A stretch of DNA of 32,000 nucleotides from Nitratidesulfovibrio vulgaris str. Hildenborough (GTDB lineage Bacteria; Desulfobacterota; Desulfovibrionia; Desulfovibrionales; Desulfovibrionaceae): positions 1,950,001 to 1,982,000 of the forward strand of contig NC_002937.3 in assembly GCF_000195755.1 (NCBI RefSeq). The letters run 5' to 3'. The notes under the pieces were generated by a model that saw only the letters and a program-made list of their open reading frames with translations, was not told the origin of the DNA and searched no databases. The translations under genes were made by a program, and so were the position numbers. Below are positions 27,379 to 32,000 of this stretch, in pieces. Numbering within the stretch: position 1 is the stretch's first letter; every line of letters begins with the position of its first letter.

Positions 27379-30300
27379 TTATGCCGACGAAGGGGTTGAA
27401 TCGGGGACAAGCCGGAAGAGTTCGCCGCGCATCGCGTCAAGTCGTGCCCCGGCTGCAAGCCCGGTGTCAAGCCGCCATTCGAGAGTTGCAGGGGGCTGGA
27501 GTCTCGCCCTGTCCGCATGCTGGCCGACCCACTCGATGAGCCTGCCGATATCCACGGCGGTCTGACGTTCGTCCCAGACGAGGCGCACCTTGTCGGGGTA
27601 GATGTCCGCCCGCTGGACCTGCATGCGACGCAATTGCCGCTTGAGAACGAGCAACGCGAGAAACGTCTCCAACTCGGGGGGGAACACACCGTACCGGTCG
27701 CGCATCTCCATCTCGATGTCCTGCTGGGCTGCGGCATCGGTCGCCGAAGACAGCGCCTTGTAGAACCGGAGACGGTCACGGGCGTCTTCGATGTAGCCTT
27801 CAGGGATATGCGCGGGGATGCCGATGTTGAGTTCCGTCTCGACGCTTTCGCGCGGCGGGTCACCCTTGAGGCGAGTCACGGCCTCTTCGAGCATCTCAAG
27901 GAACAGTTCAAGCCCCACGCGCGTCATGTGCCCGGACTGGGCCTCGCCGAGGATGTTCCCCGCACCACGGATACGAAGGTCCTCCATGGCGACCTGAAAG
28001 CCCGCGCCGAGATAGTCCATATCGAGGATGACACGCATGCGCTCGCGTGCGATGTCGGACAGGTTGTCCGCATCAGGCACGACGAAGATGGCATACGCCT
28101 GCCTGTCAGACCGCCCGACGCGTCCGCGCAACTGGTACAGCTGGCCGAGGCCGAACATCTGCGCCTGGTCGACGATGAGGGTGTTGGCACGCGGGAAGTC
28201 CAGCCCGGATTCGACGATGGCGGTGCACACCAGCACATCGAGTTCGCCATGCCAGAAACGGTGCATGGTCTCTTCCAGCGCGCGTTCGGTCATCTGGCCG
28301 TGGGCCATACCCACCCGTGCGTCCGGCACGAGCTTGCGTACGTATTCCGTCGTGCGTTCAAGCCCTTGCACCCTGTTGTGCACCCAGAAGACCTGCCCTT
28401 CTCGGGCGATCTCCCGCTCAAGTATGGACTTGAGGGCCGCATCATCACGTTCGATGAGCGCGGTTGCCACGGGCTTTCGTTCCGGGGGCGCGGTCTCGAT
28501 GACGGAAAGCTCGCGAATGCCCGACATGGACAACTGAAGCGTACGGGGAATGGGTGTCGCCGTCAGGGTCAGCGCATCGACGTTGCGCCTGAACTGCTTG
28601 AGCTTCTCCTTGTGCCGCACGCCGAAGCGCTGTTCTTCGTCGAGAACGAGCAGGCCGAGGTTGGGCAGTCGCACGTCATCGGACAGCAGCCTGTGCGTTC
28701 CGATGAGGATGTCGACATGCCCCTTGGCGGCAGCCGCAAGCACTTCGGTCTGCTTCTGCTTGCTCACGAAACGGCTCAACATCCCGACATTGACGGGAAA
28801 ACCCGCGAGCCTGCTGCGAAAGGTCTGGTAATGCTGCTCTGCAAGCACCGTCGTCGGACAGAGCAAGGCCACCTGCCGTCCCTCGGAGGCGGCACGGAAG
28901 GCGGCGCGCAACGCGACCTCGGTCTTGCCGAAGCCCACGTCGCCACATACGAGGCGGTCCATGGGCACGGGCTTGTCCATATCCTCGAGCACGTCCTGTA
29001 TGGCGCGCGCCTGGTCGGGGGTCTCCTCGAAGCCGAACGACGCCTCGAACTCGCGGTACAACTCCCCGATGGGGCCATAGGTGTAGCCCTTGGCAATCTT
29101 GCGGTAGGCGTACATCTCGACGAGGTCGGCGGCGATCTTTTCGATGGCCTTGCGGGCCTTGTCCTTGCTGGACTGCCACGCCCCGCCGCCAAGCCTGTCA
29201 AGCGAGGGCTTCGTGTCATCGGCCCCCTTGAAACGCTGCACCAGTGAAAGCCGGTCGACCGGAAGATAGAGCCTGTCGTCACCTGCATACTCGAGCAGCA
29301 GGAAATCGTTACCGACCCCGCCAAGGTCCATGCGCTCAAGACCAACGAAACGGGCCACACCATAATCACGGTGTACGAGCAGGTCGCCCGGCTGAAGCCC
29401 TTCATGCTTGTCGAGTCCACGGAAGGCACCGGAGGCGACACGTGCCGAGCGGTCGGTCTTGGGCTGGAGGACATCCTCACCGATGACAAGCGTCCCGTCC
29501 CACGCGAGTTCGACGCCCGCACGGTACGGGGCCACGACCGCCATCAGCCCCCTGCCCTTGGGGTCGTAGCGCAACGTCGGCGTGATACCGTCCTGCTCGG
29601 CTAGCTTCAGGAACTTGCGCCTGCCACGTTCATTGCCGAAGCAGAGCAGCACACGGGCATGTGTCGCCACGAACCTGTGGAGTCCCGCGACAAGCGCTTG
29701 CCATGGGCGGTCTCGTGCATCAGGGGCCGGGAACAGGTCGACAAACCCGTGGAGTTTGCGCTCCGGCATGTCCACGCCAGTGCGCTCGACCCCCATCACC
29801 AGCGGCTCGAATCCCGCAGAGTCCTTCTCTTCGTACAACTGGCGCACGGGTGCCGCGTCACGCAGGACGAGTCCCCGGGGCTGTCTTGCCCCGCCCTCCT
29901 CGGCCTGCTTGTCGAAAAGGGCCTCCCAATTCTGCTGCGCCGCCTCGACAGCGTCGACCAGTTCCTTCCGGCCAGGCAGTATCCATGCGGCATCGCGCGG
30001 TAGCCATTCCTCGACGACCGTAGGTGCCTCGTAATAGGCACCGGGCATGAGCCCTTCGCCATGGCGCTCGATACCGCGAAGCAGCCCGGCGTACTGTTCT
30101 TCGGTGAGCATGCCCTTGGAGAAAAGTCGCTTCCACCGCGCTGTGGCCTTGCTGCGCAGTTCGGCACTGAGCACGACGGGCGACACGGGCAGGAGCACCA
30201 TCTCGTCCAGCTTGCCGAGAGAGCGCTGGTTCGACGCATCGAAAAGGCGAATCTCCTCCAGCGTCTCGCCGAAGAACTCCAAACGGAGAGGACGTTCGTA

Positions 30301-30861
30301 GCCTGGGGGGTAGATATCGACGATATCGCCACGCACGGCGATTTCGCCGGGACGCGAAACCATCTGCACCCTGTCGAATCCCCAGTCCACCGCCTGTTCG
30401 AGCACCAACTCGGGCGCCATCTCGTCGCCGCAGGCAAGCGTCAGCTCATGCGAGGCGAAAAGGTCTGCCGGGGGCAATTTCGAGAGGAAGTTATCGACCG
30501 TGATGAGCACGCCTTGCGGCACACGTTTCTGCCCAAGGGCAAAGAGGGCTGCCATGCGGCTTGCCCACGCATCACGGTTGCGCGCCCCGAGTGGGTGCTG
30601 CGGCATGACCACCCAGCGCGATTCCCAGCGGGGCTTCACCAGCGGGGAGTCACCAGCCGAGGCGTCAGGCGAGAACAAGGTGAGCAGACCGCGGGCGAGG
30701 GCAAGTTCTTCCGCATCGCGGACGACCATGACGGCACTGCGACCGGCGTCGAGCACGGCGTTGCCCAGACGCGCTGCCGTCGCCATCCCGCTACGTGTTA
30801 CTTCGATGTGTCCACAGCCCTTGCTGGCCAACTTGCGGACGAGTGCGGCGAAATCCAACAT
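27379..30861 (-). CDS. mfd: Transcription-repair coupling factor
   Basis: 1160 aa. Helicase motifs GDVGFGKTEVALRAAF, LLVLDEEQRFGV, TATPIPRTL and QLYQLRGRVGRS. The RNAP-interaction/CarD-like block is GDLLVHRDYGVARFVGL. Confidence 0.97.
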   Translation of the reverse strand: MLDFAALVRKLASKGCGHIEVTRSGMATAARLGNAVLDAGRSAVMVVRDAEELALARGLLTLFSPDASAGDSPLVKPRWESRWVVMPQHPLGARNRDAWASRMAALFALGQKRVPQGVLITVDNFLSKLPPADLFASHELTLACGDEMAPELVLEQAVDWGFDRVQMVSRPGEIAVRGDIVDIYPPGYERPLRLEFFGETLEEIRLFDASNQRSLGKLDEMVLLPVSPVVLSAELRSKATARWKRLFSKGMLTEEQYAGLLRGIERHGEGLMPGAYYEAPTVVEEWLPRDAAWILPGRKELVDAVEAAQQNWEALFDKQAEEGGARQPRGLVLRDAAPVRQLYEEKDSAGFEPLVMGVERTGVDMPERKLHGFVDLFPAPDARDRPWQALVAGLHRFVATHARVLLCFGNERGRRKFLKLAEQDGITPTLRYDPKGRGLMAVVAPYRAGVELAWDGTLVIGEDVLQPKTDRSARVASGAFRGLDKHEGLQPGDLLVHRDYGVARFVGLERMDLGGVGNDFLLLEYAGDDRLYLPVDRLSLVQRFKGADDTKPSLDRLGGGAWQSSKDKARKAIEKIAADLVEMYAYRKIAKGYTYGPIGELYREFEASFGFEETPDQARAIQDVLEDMDKPVPMDRLVCGDVGFGKTEVALRAAFRAASEGRQVALLCPTTVLAEQHYQTFRSRLAGFPVNVGMLSRFVSKQKQTEVLAAAAKGHVDILIGTHRLLSDDVRLPNLGLLVLDEEQRFGVRHKEKLKQFRRNVDALTLTATPIPRTLQLSMSGIRELSVIETAPPERKPVATALIERDDAALKSILEREIAREGQVFWVHNRVQGLERTTEYVRKLVPDARVGMAHGQMTERALEETMHRFWHGELDVLVCTAIVESGLDFPRANTLIVDQAQMFGLGQLYQLRGRVGRSDRQAYAIFVVPDADNLSDIARERMRVILDMDYLGAGFQVAMEDLRIRGAGNILGEAQSGHMTRVGLELFLEMLEEAVTRLKGDPPRESVETELNIGIPAHIPEGYIEDARDRLRFYKALSSATDAAAQQDIEMEMRDRYGVFPPELETFLALLVLKRQLRRMQVQRADIYPDKVRLVWDERQTAVDIGRLIEWVGQHADRARLQPPATLEWRLDTGLAAGARLDAMRGELFRLVPDSTPSSA

Positions 30862-30939
30862 GAACTCCTGCGGCGCATGTACGGCAAAAAGCCGCCGAAG
30901 CTGAAGCCCGGCGGCGTATTGCCAGAAGACATCCTGTTG

Positions 30940-31416
30940 CTACAACTGGCTTATGGCTCCGATATCGTCGTTGGAAAGGAGCCTGTCGAGGTCGAGCAGG
31001 ATAAGCAGCCTGTCCTGCAACTTCCCGACGCCGCTGATGTATTCGGATTCGAGGCCCGCAACGACTGGTGGCGGCGGCTCGACCGTGCTGGCGGGAATGC
31101 GCAGCACCTCCGACACGGAGTCGACCACAAAACCGACGATCATGTTATTGATCTCGATGACAATGATACGCGTATGCTTGTCATGGGTCTTCGAGTCGAG
31201 CCCGAAGCGCCTGCGCAGGTCGATGATGGGTATGACCTTGCCCCGCAGGTTGATGACACCCTCGACGAACTCGGGGGCGCGCGGGACCTTGGTGATTTCC
31301 ATCGTGCGGATGATTTCCTGAACCTTCAGGATATCCACACCGAACTCCTCTTCACCGATGCTGAACGTCACCAGTTGGAGAAGTTCGTCATCCTGTCTCT
31401 TCTGGGTAGCTTCCAT
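30940..31416 (-). CDS. cheW: Chemotaxis coupling protein CheW
   Basis: 158 aa. LVTFSIGEEEFGVDILKVQEIIR...VINLRGKVIPIIDLRRRFGL...IIVIE...VGFVVDSVSEVL is canonical CheW. Confidence 0.93.
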   Translation of the reverse strand: MEATQKRQDDELLQLVTFSIGEEEFGVDILKVQEIIRTMEITKVPRAPEFVEGVINLRGKVIPIIDLRRRFGLDSKTHDKHTRIIVIEINNMIVGFVVDSVSEVLRIPASTVEPPPPVVAGLESEYISGVGKLQDRLLILLDLDRLLSNDDIGAISQL

Positions 31417-31505
31417 ACCCTAATCCTCCTTGCTAGGTGCGCAACGCCGATGGCGATGCGGCATCAGGCCTACTGATTACACATGTTAGGCGTAACGTGC
31501 GCCCT

Positions 31506-31520
31506 TGGCAACAGGTTTGC
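31506..31520 (+). promoter_or_regulatory. Candidate sigma54 (-24/-12) promoter
   Basis: TGGCAA-cAGGT-TTGC: GG at 31507-31508 and GC at 31519-31520, with the canonical 10-nt GG-to-GC spacing. It lies about 120 nt upstream of the 74-aa ORF. The site is partly palindromic, and the reverse strand reads gGGCAA-N5-TTGC facing cheW. Confidence 0.5.
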
Positions 31521-31640
31521 CCACAAAACACGCAAACTACGGGGCTTGCCAAAGGGCTGCCCCCCGGCTACAACGCAGGGGTCGACGGGGTTCCCCCGTC
31601 ACGTGCGACCTTCCACCGCAGCCTTTCAGGAGTGCCGCAG

Positions 31641-31865
31641 ATGGCCCGACTCTTCCCGTTCCCGGACGACCTTCCACTTTCCATGCAAATCCGGTCGCTC
31701 GGCGACGAAGAACTGCTCGACTTCTGGGAGGAAACCCAGTTCGTGAGCAGATTCCTCGAAGAGGATCAAATGCACGAGGTGACCCTCACCCCCGATTATG
31801 AACGCCTCATCCTGCAGGAGTTGCAATTGCGCTCCTGCAAGCGATGTGCTGAGCGTCGCCCCTAG
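31641..31865 (+). CDS. Small hypothetical protein (74 aa), acidic
   Basis: MARLFPFPDDLPLSMQIRSLGDEELLDFWEETQFVSRFLEEDQMHEVTLTPDYERLILQELQLRSCKRCAERRP. AGGAG lies 8 nt upstream of the ATG and a strong terminator follows 27 nt after the stop. I recognise no family. Confidence 0.6.
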   Translation: MARLFPFPDDLPLSMQIRSLGDEELLDFWEETQFVSRFLEEDQMHEVTLTPDYERLILQELQLRSCKRCAERRP

Positions 31866-31891
31866 CCCTTTTCCGAATCGACCGACTGCAA

Positions 31892-31920
31892 GAGCCCCGC
31901 ACTGCGGGGCTTCTGTTTTA
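31892..31920 (+). terminator. Rho-independent terminator after the 74-aa ORF
   Basis: gccccgc (31894-31900), loop act, gcggggc (31904-31910), with an A-T closing pair, followed by TTCTGTTTTA. Confidence 0.8.
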
Positions 31921-32000
31921 TGTCTCGAATAACGGCGATGGTCACATGGTCGGCAAGCCCGCCCTTCGCTACCACCACTCCATCCTTCCTTCACGCATCG

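Noticed and set aside
27517-29247. 576-aa plus-strand ORF (and the 471-aa ORF at 30061-31476)
   Set aside because: They are antisense to mfd and cheW, both unambiguous. These are shadow ORFs.
1-32000. Search for tRNA, rRNA, CRISPR repeats, IS inverted repeats, integrase/att sites, and toxin-antitoxin pairs
   Set aside because: I found no T-loop (GGTTCGAATCC-like) motifs, no periodic direct repeats and no transposase- or integrase-like ORFs by eye in any intergenic region or ORF translation.

Overview
High-GC (about 63-65% by eye) chromosomal window with a Desulfovibrio-like (Desulfovibrionaceae) gene repertoire. I infer this from composition and gene content, not from a search. It is densely packed with about 27 protein genes, mostly housekeeping. 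Plus strand: phoH (5' truncated), a 7TM-HD PgpH/YqfF-like hydrolase and ybeY; later gmhA, an FmdB-like zinc ribbon and hemC; then a Lon-like protease and an MFS transporter. Minus strand: a dCache-HAMP-PAS chemoreceptor; a nadK / unknown 580-aa / DUF4254 / gatB run; and a DUF2064 + GT2 transferase pair. A roughly 11-kb same-strand array follows on the minus strand: cheW, mfd, two SurA-like PPIases, rodZ, recO, glyQ, glyS, rpsT. I see no rRNA, tRNA, CRISPR array, IS element or prophage signature. The parts not explained by textbook biology are listed here. (1) A 580-aa protein with what looks by eye like a degenerate DUF89/ARMT1-type core plus unique N- and C-terminal regions. It sits next to a DUF4254 protein, and both lie between NAD kinase and gatB. 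(2) An ATGA-coupled transferase pair of the type described as rSAM/selenodomain-associated, here without the rSAM partner. (3) A stand-alone 806-aa Lon-like protease with Arg in the Walker-A Lys position. (4) A compact candidate sigma54 promoter + 74-aa ORF + terminator unit. (5) A G10 homopolymer upstream of the chemoreceptor. (6) Two unusually long gene-free gaps. I cannot demonstrate a clearly novel multi-gene system from sequence alone. The nadK-linked unknown pair is my best candidate.
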